Below, piece after piece: positions 35,636-50,549 of a DNA stretch of 64,000 nt. A program made the translations under genes and the position numbers. How positions within the stretch are numbered: position 1 is the first letter of the stretch; each line of letters opens with the position of its first letter. Below the pieces are notes generated by a model. The model saw nothing but the letters and a program-made list of their open reading frames with translations. It searched no databases and was not told where the DNA came from. The stretch is from Camelus dromedarius (taxonomy: Eukaryota), in the NCBI RefSeq assembly GCF_036321535.1, contig NC_087437.1, positions 83,516,001-83,580,000 on the forward strand. Reading direction: 5' to 3'.

Positions 35636-38600
35636 CACATGTAATTTTAAGACTGTTCTAAGGAGACGCCGCCATTGGCAGAGGCAGGACAGGGGCTGTG
35701 AGGCTCCCTCCAGGCCACTCATTCCCGTCACCAACAGGGGAGCTTTGCTTTGATCTGTTTATACACAGGGTTCCAAATCCAATTATAGCTGAAAAAAAAT
35801 TTTTAAGAGCTCTTGTGTTTGAAAAAGAAAAATGTGAAAATCTTTATGTTAAACTGATGTCATATTGCTATTATCTGCATCATTGGGGGAAAAAAAGGAT
35901 AGCAAACATGTATCAAGGCCATAATTTATTTTAAAAATTAGTCCAGTAATTAAATTTCTTCTAATCATGAAAACATTTAATCTATTTAAATTTGACTACC
36001 ATTTCACTTCTGGCCTAAGAAGAAGTTGGGGGGGAAAAACACTAAAGAAGAGTCACACAAATCAAAAAATGAACAGATACATAATTTAATATATTCGTCT
36101 TACTAAACAGTGTGCTGTACCCTCAATACAGGCATGGATGTAAAGAACCATTTGTGACTATTTTTCTTCAGTGAGATATTCTTGAGCTACAATTCTTCCA
36201 TTTTTTCGTATCAGTAAATAGTGGTAATAATTTAAAAATGTGTGGCTGTTTTTAGGAAATTATTTACTTATTATAATATTAAAAATAGGAGTTATGAATC
36301 ATTAATAACTAACAGAAATTTGCACTAGATTGGTACTCCTTGGTTATCCATAGGAACCATCACAGGCAAATATCAACCATGGCCTCTTAAAAGATGCCAG
36401 AAACTTCACCAGCGCTGTGTGACCAGCTATGAGCAACCACTCTAAAGTGGGGTGAGAGTTAAATTTTATATAAAGCAGATGTCAAGCTGTTGAGAACAAG
36501 CCTAATAATCATCAATTTATTTAAGCCTAGTTTGGAAAGTCCATAACCTATGGTCCTGGTTTAACTCACTTTATTTAGCTCATGACTCATTCTGAAAACA
36601 GACTTACTGCTGTGGTTCTTTTAATTTTTAACATGATTTCTTTTTGGTAAATTAAGTTTATAAATATACCTTACAAATTAAGTTCACAAATGGGAAGCAG
36701 TATGGCACAGAACTGCATCTGAATTCTCTAGCCTCCTCTAAGGAACAGTGTGAGTTTTGTCAAGTGACAATCTCTCTGAAAGTCACTTTCTTCAACAACA
36801 AAAAGAGATAAAAATTCTGATTAACACTGTAGATAAGCCACAGACTGATTTCTTCTCTTGTACAAAACACTCTAAAACGACAATAAAGGGATTTTTTTTA
36901 AGTGGGGAATACAGAGGAAGAGAGTAGATATTAGCAGATAAGAGATTTCAGAAAAGGTTTAGAAGGCAAATGCAGACAAAGGCAGGGTAATTGACCAGAA
37001 GAAGCTTCTACCCAAGTGTCAGCAACGGGGAATTCTGATCATAAGGGTAAACAATCTATAGACAGATTATCAACAGACCACCAGAAAAAGCACGACTGGA
37101 AGACACTAGCCACTACTTAGGGCAATGTGAGGCACGGAATTAAAAGTACAGTTTGGTTGAAAATCTCCAAATGGAGTACTTGACCCCTAGGGCTCTTCCT
37201 CCATCCCAAGCAATTAAACGAGCAGAGTCCCTCCCTCTCACCACTTCACCTTCCAAATAAATATATACAGAGAGAACATCTCTGAAAATACTGAGACTTT
37301 TGGGCAGACTGAATTTCAGGTATCAAAGGCCATCCATATAGAAACGTCTGGAACTCTGAACGATCAAGTCTAGGTCTCAAGAGGGATGTCAGGTAGAGAT
37401 CTGAGAGCCAAAAGATGAAGCAATAGTAAGATTGGACAATATTACTTTGGAATGTTGATACTGAGGAGAGTTAAAGACTTTGGGAAACATCAACATGAAA
37501 AGTAATTTAACCAGAAGAGAATCAGTGAAGACAACAGAAGGGATGGCCAGACACAGGAATTTAAAGACGAAAGTACAATATCATAAGAGCAAATATAAAA
37601 AAGAAAATTTCTAGAAAGGAGACAAGACTTAGAAAATCAAGTGTCTCAATGGGTTAAATAAAGTAAGAACTAAAGAAAAGGCCACTGATGGTTAGCAAGC
37701 GGCCACAGTTTCATGAAATGATTTTCACTCACTTAAGAACTATGACATGTGTGCCAGGCACAGTACTAGTCTCCCCAGGTGTAAGGGAGCTAGAGAGACA
37801 GGAGTCAGATTAGAAAGCGTTAAGAATTAAACAGTGATTATGTCAGACTTTCTCAAGAAATTTTTGGAAGAGGGTAGGAATAAAATGAAATGATAGACTG
37901 AAAGGAAACCAGACCCATGAAAGGAAAAATAAAATTTTTTTTAATTTCATATATTTAGAGAGAAACAGAAAAAGCCAGTGAAGATGGAGAGATGAACACA
38001 GTGAAGGTGAGGTCCAAGAGGGGGCAGGAAATAAGACACCAATACCACTAGCAGGGGGCTTTAGGGAGCTTAGCCTTGGAAGGAAGGAAGGGAATGAATA
38101 TGCCTCTAAAGTAGGAAGAAGGGAGCAGGGCGTTGGGACATGCCTTCCCTCTCTTGTAAATAACAGTATACACGAATGCAGCAAGAGCCTAAGGTACCAG
38201 ACAAGACTGTAGGCCCCACAGAAAAATAAAGGTAGAATGTGGAGTCACTATCTGAAGGTTTTGCCAGCTAGATATAAAAACCTAACTTATAAAGAAGAAA
38301 TATATATTTCAGTGGAATGGTAGATGCAAGTGTGAGAAATAGCTACCAACGTTAGCAAAACAGCAAAATCTGTACAGCATATAAGTGATATTTTAAGAAC
38401 TAAGAATCTAATAATGTCCAAAGAAAACAAACCTTCTGTAGTCTCTTGTTTGAAAAACACAATTAATTTTTTGTAGCTTAAATTTACAACAAAACAATCT
38501 TCAACATCTTGATTCGGTATCTCAAGGTCAAATACTCACAAAAAGAAATGTATAAAAACATGTACGATACGTAAATCTGTTACAGTTTACAATCAAGAGG

Positions 38601-38904
38601 GAAAACGGTGCACATTTTTTTCTCATCACGGAAGGCATTATCATGAAATTCAGGTTAAGAAGATGGAAGCATGGCAAGAAATGTCACGTCAGGGGAATTC
38701 TATGTTTCAGAAAACCATTCATTAGTGAGAAAACAAATGCATGTATTATGCCACTTGCTAAATGAAAAAAAACTTAGAGTGAAACTACTTAAAATAGCGA
38801 GATCATAAATACTGTTGCTAACATTTTACCCCCACCCCAAGGTATGGGGCTGACTATTGATATTATGAAAATATGTATTTTTTCACTTTTTTAAAAAATT
38901 GAAG

Positions 38905-38990
38905 CAAGAGGGATTTACTATATAGCACAAGGAATTAAATCCAATACGTTTTAATAACCTATAATGGGATATAACCTGCAAAATAACGTA
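38905..38990 (+). mobile_element. Short L1 3' UTR fragment (laurasiatherian/cetartiodactyl type)
   Basis: ggatttactatatagcacaaggaattaaatccaatacgttttaataacctataatgg resembles the L1 3'-UTR segment 'ctactgtatagcacagggaacta...aataacctataatgg'. Confidence 0.5.
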
Positions 38991-40947
38991 TTTTTGATTC
39001 CTGGCAGCAACAGGTCCCACAACAACTGCGTCTGTGTAACCAAGTTGAAGAAATCCTACCAGTAGTTTCCAGAAAGTTAAAAAAAAAAAAAAAAGTTACA
39101 TGGGCCAACATGCTTATGCTACCCCAGTGAGAGAGCCCTGGTGCCCTTCCTATTATGGGCTCACCAGACTGCCCATGCAGAAGTAATCCCACAGGCCTCC
39201 AATCATGGGAGAAACAGTCCCATGACAATGGGCTGTATTTACCTGGGGGCCCAAATCCCAGACTGAAACTATCATGTGCATTCAAACCGAGATATTAAGA
39301 ATGGATAGAAAAGATTGTAATCATGGAGGTCCAGCCACTATATTTGTCCACCATGTATCCTCACTGAAGCCACAAAGATGTGACTTTCTGGAGCAGATCT
39401 CTGCAGGTGGAAAGCAGGACCACTGGAAATTAAAGTCTGAGGGCCAAGTCTGAGGACTCAAGGTTTATTTTTTGGTGAGATCAGTTGCTGAAGTGGTACC
39501 TAAGAGTCACAGGCTGAGTAGGCGAACAAGTAGAGACAAGAGAGCAGGGAAGGCAGGAAGGTTCGCTGACGGTCAAGGGTGGGTGCAGAGGCAACAAGGG
39601 ATTGAGAGATGGAATGACAGGAGTTGGCAGCCAAAGAAACTTTGAAGTTAGAGATCTCAGAATTTAACAGACGTACTTCCTGTGAAACAACTCAAGAGCA
39701 AGGTTGCATGTGGAGAATTAGAAGTAAAAATCTTGAAGTAGGGCAACTTAGGACCTGTAAAAACCGAAGGAGAGGAAGAAAGCTGCAGAGCCCATGCACT
39801 GGTAAACCAACAGGCTGGCTAGCAACTGGCTGCAAAAGAGTAGGTAGGAAGTGTTACAAAACCTGGGAGCAGGATTCAGTAGCCAAATTCACAAAGGAAT
39901 GAAGAAAGGTAGTGGGAGCAAGGTGATCCTGGTTTGTTTTTTTTTTTCTTTCAATAAAGTTAAAAATATTAACTTATTAACTTTCTTTCAAAAAAAATTT
40001 ATATTGTTAACCATGATGTGGAAGGTGAGAATAAAGAATGAAAACAGCTTTATCTTTACCATATTTAAAGCCTTTAGACCTTTCATAATACTTAAAAGTC
40101 CCCGTATCAGCAGTGAAGAGTTCAGATGACTTTCTGGTCCCCCCACTGACCAAGCTAATGTACCCTGCAACCCCTGGAAAGCAGACGCTTTCTCCTTGAC
40201 TGACTGTCACAAATCATGTAAAAAGAAAATAACTGGGACTAAATTCCATGAATGTGGGACAGCCACCAATACCTGATCATATACTTGGCCTCACACCCCC
40301 AAACAACTCCAACACCCAGTTTCTAGAAAATCACTTATGGCTAAAAAGAAATGTCACGAGGTTTAGTGGTTCTCAAGGATTTCTAACCACACCTATCAGT
40401 AACTATATAGGTAGAAGTTATAGAGTATACACTTTCCATGCTTGTCCTGTAGATGCAGAGAGAGTCAGTCCATATGTGAGCTGAACAACATATCTTCACA
40501 TACTAATGACATGTACGGACATGTCACTAACTTCTACGCCCCCAAAAGCACTATTAGTTGTCAGTGGCTTCTGAGAAAACACAACAAAAATCAAAGTACT
40601 TCCTAGGGAAAAAGAGACTGTAGAGGTCAGATGATCCAATTTACAGATTAGAAAACCAAGGCACACAGAAGTTAAATGCTTCAGCTGAAGGCCTCGCAGC
40701 TGGTTAGTGGCTCAGCTGGGATAAGAGAACCACTGTCTAAAGTCTCCCCTCGGTGCCCCCCTCCCCCTACACCCACCCTGAGATGCAAATGTCCAGTGGA
40801 GCTGGGCTGGAGTTCCACATAAAGTAGTAAGACTCCATGCTGTTTTTGAAATGTAAAATGAGATGGCAGAATCTAAAAGAAGAAAGAAGAGCAGAAATTA
40901 AGAAAAATATTTGCTTGATATAAAATAATATTAATTTAAAACTATAC

Positions 40948-41014
40948 CTTCACTGCTTCTGATGAAAGTACATTTTCCTTTTTCTGACTTGTGCTCACGG
41001 GCTCATTTTCAACA
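40948..41014 (-). CDS. CRYBG3: CRYBG3 coding exon 2 (67 nt)
   Basis: Read manually; not in the ORF track. Acceptor ttttcag|T; encodes (S)VENEPVSTSQKKENVLSSEAVK; donor AAG|GTATAG. Phase 2 in, phase 0 out, joining exons 1 and 3 in frame. Confidence 0.93.
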
Positions 41015-43479
41015 CTGAAAAATAAAAACCACAGTTTCTTCTGAAATTAAAAGAGAATTATCAAAAATCATATACAGTTTTTGAGTTTAATGCAAAAATT
41101 AAAAGTTTTTTTTAATTGCAATGCTCAAAAGATTCATACACAAAGTGCTGTACTAAGAATATGTTGATTTGAGTCTTGACCCTTGAAATGCTCATCCAGG
41201 CTTCAGACAATTTAGGGAGTCCATCATGCGCTGTTCTTTTCTTATGCTGACAACCAGCATCACACTAATGATGCACCTGAACAAAGGAGCACCAGTGCAC
41301 GACTATCGTAATCTTGGGGAGTGTTGGCATTCTTTTACTTTATGTATACTAAGGCTCTCTGCTGCCTGACCTCTTTTAATGTCTATGCTGAGTGTTATTT
41401 TGAATATATTTCTACTCAGTAAATTTTTATAAACATATAGTGAGTTCTGGGGTTGCTCAAAACAGATGCAGGTTTATCTAACCCCAAATGTGTCCCGGAT
41501 GCCACCTTAAAAATCTGATTTTCCAGATAGTCACTTCTAATTGTCTTGTCTGGAATACCTCCACAGATGTCTTATGAGATTTCATAATAACCTACTTTGC
41601 CTATTAGGCACACATACATTTTAGATCTAAATATATCTCTATGTTTACACATTATTTTGCTTTCATCCTTCCTTGATCCTGGGCAAACTGGGTTGCTCCA
41701 CACCGAAGATATTCATGACACTCTACCATGTGCTGGGGATTGTGCTTGGCCTTGAGGATTTAAGAACCAGTAGGTTAGGGTCTTTGTAAAACTCAGTCTA
41801 GTAGGGGAGACTGATACACAAAGTAATCATACAGTTCGGTACAAGCTGTAACTGCTGAATGCACGAAGTATCATGGAACACAGAGGAAACAAAGAAGGGC
41901 AGCAATTCTGCCTGCTCAGTGAGGTGCCACAGAGAAGTGGGTAATAGAAAACACGGCATTTCAGGAAACCATGTTCTGTTTACTTGTTTTTAATATAAAA
42001 CCGGAGCACAGGAACCTGGGACAGGCAGAGGTGATCCTGCTGGAGATGAGAATGAGACCAGAGGTTAGTGGATGCCAGACCATGAAGAACCTGTCTGACC
42101 CGTTGCAGAATGCGGTCTCTGTCCTACCAGCCCTGGGGAGCCTTCAGGCAGGAGAATGACTGAGAGTGGGGAACAGCCTAGGGATCCTGGTGACTGGTGG
42201 GAGGGGAAATGGAAAGGAGGAGGGGTCAACAGCTCAGATCAGGATGGAAAGAGAGAACATGATTTGTGCTACTTAGATTTTCTACCCATAAAACCCAGTG
42301 CAACTGTGCAGACTATCCAGGAAACAAATAATGATTAAAAAAAAAAAAAAGGGAGAAAACATAAAGAGATAATGAACATCTGGAAAACACAATGGATTTT
42401 ATTAAGTCTCAGACTCTGTGCAGGATTACGAGGTCCAACAAGATACAACCATGCTCTTAAGCCATTTAAATGCCAATAGGAACAAACAAGCATGTAAATA
42501 GATAAATATGTGAGCTATTTGTTTTGACACATGGAAATTTCACAGAGAAAAACAAAGACAAATGCAGAAAAAAATAACAATGTACAACACAGAATTGTAA
42601 CCTATACATATATACGTAGCTATAAAGTAAGAATGTCTCAAATGGTTAATATTTTTAATATGAGTAGGTTCTTATCTCTTTTTTTTCCTATTTTACTAGG
42701 TGTATTTTTAGCCACAAGGTTGTTCACAATTCAGTTTTTTAAAAATTAAATGTCAATTAATACTGGTCTATTTAAGCTCGAATCAAGAAAAAGAGACTGG
42801 CAAGTTACATGTAGAAAGAGCATGCTGCAAGGACCTGGGGTATAATCATGAACACTACTGGCCTTGATGACTTCCTACGTGTTCTAACTGTAATCTATGT
42901 TGAATGACCTAAAAACTACCTAAATATATAAGCATTTATAACGTCAGTATCCTAGTTCTTACTTCAAGATTTCTGAAATTATATTCAGCGTGTTTACAGG
43001 GCTTTCTATAAACTTACTGCTGCAGTGAGGCTGTAAATGAACATAGTGAAAGCGTCTTTTCCAGCACAAGAGCTCTGCGGAAGACGCAGCTCTGGGCCCA
43101 AGGGATTTAAGGCAGAACTCAGTGTTTTCCAGTAGCTATAATTAATTCCGCACTATAAACACACACAAAATGCCAGAAAAATACAGCTGTAAGTCAGCAC
43201 ATGAGTTTTTTGTATTGTGCAAACAACTAAAGAATTTAAAGCTGAAATCACTAAAAGAAGTAACACTTGACACTGCATAAAACTTTCTGAAACTTATATC
43301 CTACGTTTACGTTTCACGAATCTTATTGCTAAGCCAAAGTTTAAAAATGTGTTGAGTTTTAAAGCAAACAACATTTCAAAACTTGGGGTTATATATAAAA
43401 ATCACTGCCTTACTTAAAGCTTCCCCCATTTCTTTTCTAGATTTACTAGAGTCCCTTCCTCATTTGTCTCTGGCATCTT

Positions 43480-43980
43480 CAGGACTGTTCTGCTTCCATT
43501 CATTCTCCCTGGCCAATGTGATCGTTAATGTAATCATGACAGTCTCCTGTTCAAAAAAATCCTTCAGTAAACCTCCAGGAGCTGGTGAATAAAATGAAGA
43601 GTCCTTAGTATAGACGTTCACAACCCGGTCGCAGATACACCTGTAGTGTGGAACCAACTCCCATTCTCAGATCACACCAAATTCACATGCCAGCAACCAC
43701 TTTCTCCTCCTGCCTGCAACACCCTTCCCCACTCTGCCCAACTCTTCATCCTTTACAATTTCGTTCTATCTTAACCAGTATTCTTCTGTGCTCCCACGGC
43801 ACCCAGTGATACCCCTCATGCACTTCTGCTCTTTACCTTAATGGCTGGTTGGTTGTCCACTTGTCTAACTAGAATTTGAACTCATTTAACTCAGGAATGA
43901 TATCATTCATGGCCGTATCCCCGAGCCTCACATTGTGCCTGGCACTGTGAAGGCACTCAAATATTGTTTGTTAAATGAAT
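43480..43980 (+). mobile_element. L2 remnant with 3' end
   Basis: gtatccccgagcctcacattgtgcctggcactgtgaaggcactcaaatattgtttgttaaatgaat is an L2 tail. Confidence 0.6.
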
Positions 43981-44296
43981 TTTAAAAATAACTGACATAA
44001 AATACTCTCCCTTCGTGTGTGCTGAATCAGAAAACACTGTTCCATTGGGAACAACGTAGTAAGGCACATTAGTCCTTTTTCCTTAATGAAACCCTAGTCC
44101 ACACGGCTCCTGGAAGCATGCACCAGCCACTCTCATCCACATCATCTTTCTCTGAAGAAGGCAGTGGGGCTGGGAGAAGAAAATTACTCAACAGGAACAA
44201 AGATATTTTCAGTTGATTTATAAACAAAACACACAAAAATCAGAAGAGAGTCCATAAAGATACTCAGAACACTGGGTACTTGGATGTCTGCTCAGC

Positions 44297-44319
44297 AAAA
44301 AAAAAAAAAAAAAAAAAAA
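44297..44319 (+). repeat. Poly(A) run (~23 nt)
   Basis: Seen directly; no recognisable retroelement body immediately upstream. Confidence 0.9.
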
Positions 44320-47300
44320 GTTACAGAAAAATCTCACAAGGCTTGGAGTGGTTCTCTCAGATTCTCAAAAGTATGAGGGAAAGAGAAACATTTCAAATTC
44401 AGATATCTCAAACCTTATGAAAGACGACAAGCCTCTCCTATTGTTCTCTCACAATTTAACCCCCTCTGGGACCTGGGACTATTTCAATAGCAGTATTTTT
44501 AGAATGCGCACACTTTGCTCACGGCAGGAATCACAGCCACACGTAGGCACACGGAGGACTGCCTTGCATTTCTAAGCAGCCTCAGTCTTACTCAGCTAAC
44601 AGGACTCTGGAAATTAATCTTTCAAAGTAGTCCAAATATCAAGGTCAAAGTAACACAGAAACTCCTCATTTCTGAAGCAACCTTAAGACCATAGCTAAAA
44701 ACCAGGAACCCAACATACAACCATTAAGCATCTACTGACTTTATGCCAGACGTACAATAAAACAAACCTCTGGGCCATAAAAAAAATGGGGCATATTTAC
44801 ATTTTAAGGCTCAAATAATGTACACAGAAGTCCCTATTCTGTCACTTAAGATATATTAAACTTTTTTTTTTATTAAATTCTAACAAGATTCCCTAACTCA
44901 TTAGCAAATAAGAAGGAGAAAACCAGGCCACAAACTCACTCACCAGATACACACTGCGTACTTTTTAGGTACCAGGCACTCTTCTTGGTACGAGGAGCTG
45001 AGCAGTGAACACACCAGGCAAAATCCTTGCCCTCTTTCCTTCAGAATCCCTACCCAGGTGTACTGTAGGCACCTGGGCAACTGTGTTTATAAAGCAGATA
45101 TCCAGGCCTGACAGTTAAGGATCCAGCTGGAGTGGAGCCCAGGAATCCACATGTTCAATAACCAGTTTCCCCTTCCATGGGGTCATTCAGACGCAGGTCG
45201 CCCTCTGACCACATTCTTGATAAATGGTCAGAGACCCTCCCTCTCTATTCAGCTGAAACCAGCAACTGAGAGCTGCCCGGGAAGAGAACCATCTGGTGGG
45301 AGGGATCTCCACTTAACATTATTTAAATGTGTTACGTGTTGATACTTAAAGGTAGGTATCAATTATTTAGAAACCTCACTCACGTGAAACATTACCCGTT
45401 TTCCAACACCGATGCCTGGCAGAGCTGGCCCCAGCGAAGAGCTGATACCCTAATGAGCACACAGAGCATCGCAAGCTGAGTGAGACCAACAAGAAAAATC
45501 CCCTTCTTTCAGTGTATACCGCAGACTGAAGCATAAGGGATGTGGCGGGGCGTCTACCAGAGCCAGTTCCTCAAGTGCTAAGAACACAGTTTCCTAGAAG
45601 GTCAATGAACACAGGAGGAGATGGGGGAGGGCACACAGTGTGGGAGATAAAGCTCTTCACTCCTCCCTGTCCTGGAACACAGCTGCTGGGTACCGCCTCC
45701 TACTCTGTCTCTTTCCTCACTCACCGTTACTGTGGCTGCATCAGAAAAACCTGGAAATGTTAAAGCAGCTTCCATAACCGTCTTCCAGAGGACTGCCTAC
45801 TTCTCACTGAATCTCTGAGTCTATGATTTCTTGCCATTTCCAGGAGGCAATCTTTGCTACTGATGACATCACTGGCTGTTAATTCTGAGCATCCCAAAAA
45901 CGAGGTCATTTAATAGAAGGTCGTTCCTGATCTGGGTATCGCCTTACCTCTAAGCAGTGCCCCCAGTCCACTGCCCCCAGGAACCCTACACCATTCTCAG
46001 GGGACTTTGCTGAGGATTTCCCTTCTCTGCCTCCCTTCCATCGCACTCAGACAGCCTGCTGCTACCTGAGATTTTCTTCCCACTCTTGATTCTCACTTCC
46101 ATTGTACAAGGTATGGTCCACAGCACAGGAACCAGCAGTAACGCTGAGGACAAGGAAAGAGAATCAGGGTACATCCCTCTATGGCTTTCTCCTCCCCTGT
46201 TAACAAAAAGCCCTGCTCGCTCCAGAAGCCTGGCCCACTAAGCAGCATCTCCTCCTCTACCACAACTTCTTTCAGCCTTCCTTCCGGGCATGTTGCTCCG
46301 CACCTCAGAGGCAACTTGACACAACTCCTATGATGAAACCTTAGAAGCAGCCAGAATGTGGCCATCCCTTGAAATGTGATAGTACTTCAGTAAAGCCTTG
46401 GAGGACTAATGAAGAAAGAATATGGAACAAGCAGGGGTCTCTTCCCTCCCCACTCCCTTCCCCACTGTCATGAGTAGCAAGATGTTCTGCAAAAATTCAA
46501 CATGGACATATATGTTTCAGGCACAGCACCTTAGGGACAAAAGGCACTTCTGTCAAAATGCCCTTTCCTGGATCTGATTTTTTTCAAATATGTAAATTGA
46601 AGGGGTCAGACCAGTGCTCCGCCAGATCTAAAATCCCCACAGGATCCTCAAATAGCAGGGTAGGTGGAAAAAGAAACAGGTAGACTCACGTCGAGGCTTT
46701 TGTGGTAAAAGAAGAGGAAGACTATGGCCAAGAAAGCAATCCAGTCAAAATAATACCAGGCTGTTCCAACAAGGCGGCAGAATCTTCTCCTGTCCCTTAT
46801 TTCAGAGTGACTGAGGCCACACCAGGACCATCCTTCAGTCCCTTAGACTCCACCCTCCTCCCAGCCCTTACTTTGGTCCTTAAATATAGTGTGGGCTTTA
46901 GCCCCACACCCTCCAAAAGGTCTGCTCATGCCTTGGGGCATCTACACTACCTCGGGGATCTTTTCTTAGAAACACATCTTTGCACAAGCTCCAGAGTTCT
47001 CTTTGTTTACTGCTACACTGCAGGAACATTATAGATTAAACTGACTTTTGTGCCCTGGCCCAGAGCTGCATCCAGCATCTCCAACCCTGCTTCTGTGGGG
47101 ATAGACAGAGCTCCACTCCAACGGTTTGCAAACAACCATCTGGACAACTGTCCGTTCATAAACAGTGACTGCCAGCAGTAGAGCAGCACTTGTATTTTTT
47201 TTAATGACCATTAACAGAATATAAAACAGGTGGTTATAGCTATTTCTGGGCTTCAAATTAAAAGGTGCACTTTTAAGACAGTCAAACAGCATGTATTTTA

Positions 47301-50300
47301 GCTCAAACATCTGGCATTTGAATTTCAGAGCTCTCCGATGAGAAACTGGGAGAAGGGAGGAGGTAACAGACATGATTATGAAGCACGGCAGCTCTACGGT
47401 CCTAGCCTCCTCCCACAGTTTTTTTTTCCCAGAGCTACTGCCCTCCCCTATAATTTATTTATCTACCTCGAAGCCGACTTGTGTCCTGTTCCCATCTCAC
47501 GCTCCCAAAACAAGACCCATAATCACAGTTAATCCCAGGCTACAGAGTGAGCAGCTCAGTGTGTCTGATGGGTACCTGAGCTGTCCATCCGCACGTGACA
47601 TCAGCAACTGCTCTATCCCCACAGTCCTCTATGTGCGTACCCTGCAGATCCCCAACATCTGGGACCCCCCCCCACCAGAATCAATACCCTGAACTTTTGC
47701 TGACATGAACTCAAAGCAGTATTCCAGCTGCCTTCTAAAATGGGACCCTCATTCATGAACCATTCAACAAACTGTCCTGAGAGAGGGGCACTGGAGGTCA
47801 AGGACAGCAAGACTGGGCATTCCCAGAGCTGCCCAGAGCCTGGCCAAGGCTGACCTCTCCTCCAGCCGAAATCCCTCCTCCTCTGGAAACTCTTCCAGAT
47901 ACCAATAAACTGATAGAATGTGAGAATATACATACACACACATATAAACCCATCCCCAAGTGATTCTTCTTTTTAAGAAAAAAAGTAATCTCATCATCTC
48001 AAAGCCTTACCAAGGCCAACCTCACCTGGCCCCTGGCTCCCTTGCATCTGTCCTCTCTGCCTATTCTGGCATCTGTGTCAACATGATCCTGCCCCGGGAC
48101 CTTGAAATTGCCTATTCCCTTGCGTGGAGAGTCCTTTCCTCTGATTTGCTCATGTCCCACTCCCAAATATCATGCAGGTCTTTGGCTAAACATTGCCCAG
48201 GAGAGAGATCTCTCACGACCATCCCATCTGCACCTCACTCCGGACTCAACCACTTCCACCATGTCCCCTTCCCTCACCCTGCTGCACTCTACTTCAAAGC
48301 GTGCTACAGATAAATCTGTAGGACTTGTTTACTTTCTGCCCTCTCCCATCGGAATACAAACCTCTGTAAGCAGAGACGTAGTTAGATGTTCAAATCAGAA
48401 AAAGTGATTGACACATCTAAGATTTTTTAAAGGATTAAATTGAAAATTATTCTTATAGTTTATACAAGTGTATATAACTATCGCAGAAAATGTAAAAGCA
48501 ACATTGTTAAGTCAAAAAAGAAATTCAAGTTTCAAAACCCTAAAGAGAACTTACTTTTTATAAAAATATATATACCTGCAGATATGTGCACAGGAAATGA
48601 CCAAGAAGAATCTAGTACTTGTCTCTCAGTGGACAGGGTTATATATGAGTCCTGCTTTTTTTCTTTTTGATTTTCTTATCATTTCATACCTGTTTTAGAA
48701 AAGGATATATTACTATTAAACGACAAAAAAAAATCCCCAAGTATTGTAGTTGATTTAAAAAAACAAATAGAAACAAGGTAGTGGAAAAAATGCAAGCAAT
48801 GAATTTAGAATAGACAACTAAATACTAGCAGCACAAATAGTACATAATGGCAATTTCTTGTATCGTAATAAATCCAGCATTGCCAAGTAAGATCCTTATC
48901 TGCCTACCTAGAACAATGGAACAATCAAATTTATTACCGTACACCTTTTCGGCTTTGACTAACATAGCACAATGCCACCCTTTCAGCCAGGGTGTGCTCC
49001 TTGGTGCTTTGATAACAAAGACAATAAAAAGCTGAGAGTTAACACCTCACCTAATCTGTTTCCAGTTATCAGAATGTAAAATTCAAAGTATTTTATTTCT
49101 TGTCATAAGCATCATGGCAGTTATAAAAAAATTACAGTCTGCCACTAATGTAGTATCCGTGTTTTGTATACATTTTAATACAAAGAGTAAAGCAGAACTC
49201 TCTAACATATATCTCGTAGGAATCACACAAAATTGGTATTTGTGAGAGCACTCAAATGCCATATTCACGTCATTCTGGCACTGCCACTTATGCTACTTGT
49301 CATAAAGAACATATAAAAGATAAGCTCCTTAAAAGGCATGCTGTATCACCGAAACCAAAACTATATTTTATGTAAATGGAAAGAATGATTTTCGACTTAA
49401 TCCCAAAATTTTAACACTTATTTTGGCTGAATGAACAAAGAAAAGTGGGAAGAGGTAAAATAGCTAAGTCCTCACCTACCATAACCAGGAATCAATATAA
49501 ATTGTCTAAAGTTTATAAATCAAGGAATAGTAAATAGACATATATACAGAAAGAGTAGAAGAAACAAGTTAAATAAGATTAAAACAGTTTCTTCTAAGAG
49601 GAGAGTCTCAAGAATGGACCCACACCTATGACACGTGCCACAGCCCCGTGTAACACCTCGGTATTTATTTTAAGGGTGGAAGAAAGATTTGTGCTATGTC
49701 TGCCTTCCCCACAAAACTGCATGGGTGCTTGAGCCAAAGACCATACTGCACTGGATCCCCAGAGCCTAGCACAGTGCCTGGCACAAGTGGTACGGAATGA
49801 ATTCTTGTTAAAAACATTGGTGAGGTAGGTGTTTAAATCAAATGATCAAATGTTAGGACCACATAGAGGAAATACCCCATACACTTTCACATGTGACCTT
49901 TCCAGTACAAGTCTTCCTAATCTATAAGACATACTTCTTTATTTTGTACACACCTATTACCCTATGGAGTTTTGAGTGGCATGCTAAAGCTGGAAGAGAC
50001 CTTAGAAATGAGGGCCACCTCCCTCACTTTATAATCAAGACTGAGAGAGCCCTGAGCTGCCCAGAGTTACACTGCTACTCACGGTGTATGATGTAGGTGA
50101 TCTCACAAAAGTGAGTTGATATTTTTGAAGCTGTTAATTCCACTCAGTTTAACATTGCAGATTAATAATGCATAATCCTCACTCATACTTGTAGAAAGTA
50201 TCAAAATATCAAATTATTCTGCATTATATATATTCCATCTGTTTACAGCCTTAATCATAACTTCTTTCATTTGAACAAGTTAATGGATTACATTCTTCCT

Positions 50301-50426
50301 TTGGAGAATTTTTGCCAACTCAGGATCATAAATTCTCTTGTTTCTCCCCTCTTATATAGATACACACTAGGTCATAACCAATCTTATTCTTTTTTCTAAA
50401 ATAAATAATTCACATAATTGTTAATG

Positions 50427-50531
50427 TTTTTGGGGAGTGGGGCAGGTAATTAGGTTTATTTATTTATTTTTAACAGATGTACTGGGGATTGAACCCAGGA
50501 CCTCGTGCATGCTAGGCTGTACCCTCCCCCC
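50427..50531 (-). mobile_element. Second Vic-1-like SINE, internally deleted
   Basis: Reverse strand reads GGGGAGGGTACAGC-CTAGCATGCACGAGGTCCTGGGTTCAATCCCCAGTACATCTGTTAAAAATAAATAAATAAACCTAATTACC. Same family as 1517-1677 but missing the TCAGTGGTAGAG segment. Confidence 0.8.
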
Positions 50532-50549
50532 ATTTTTTTAAGTATAAAA

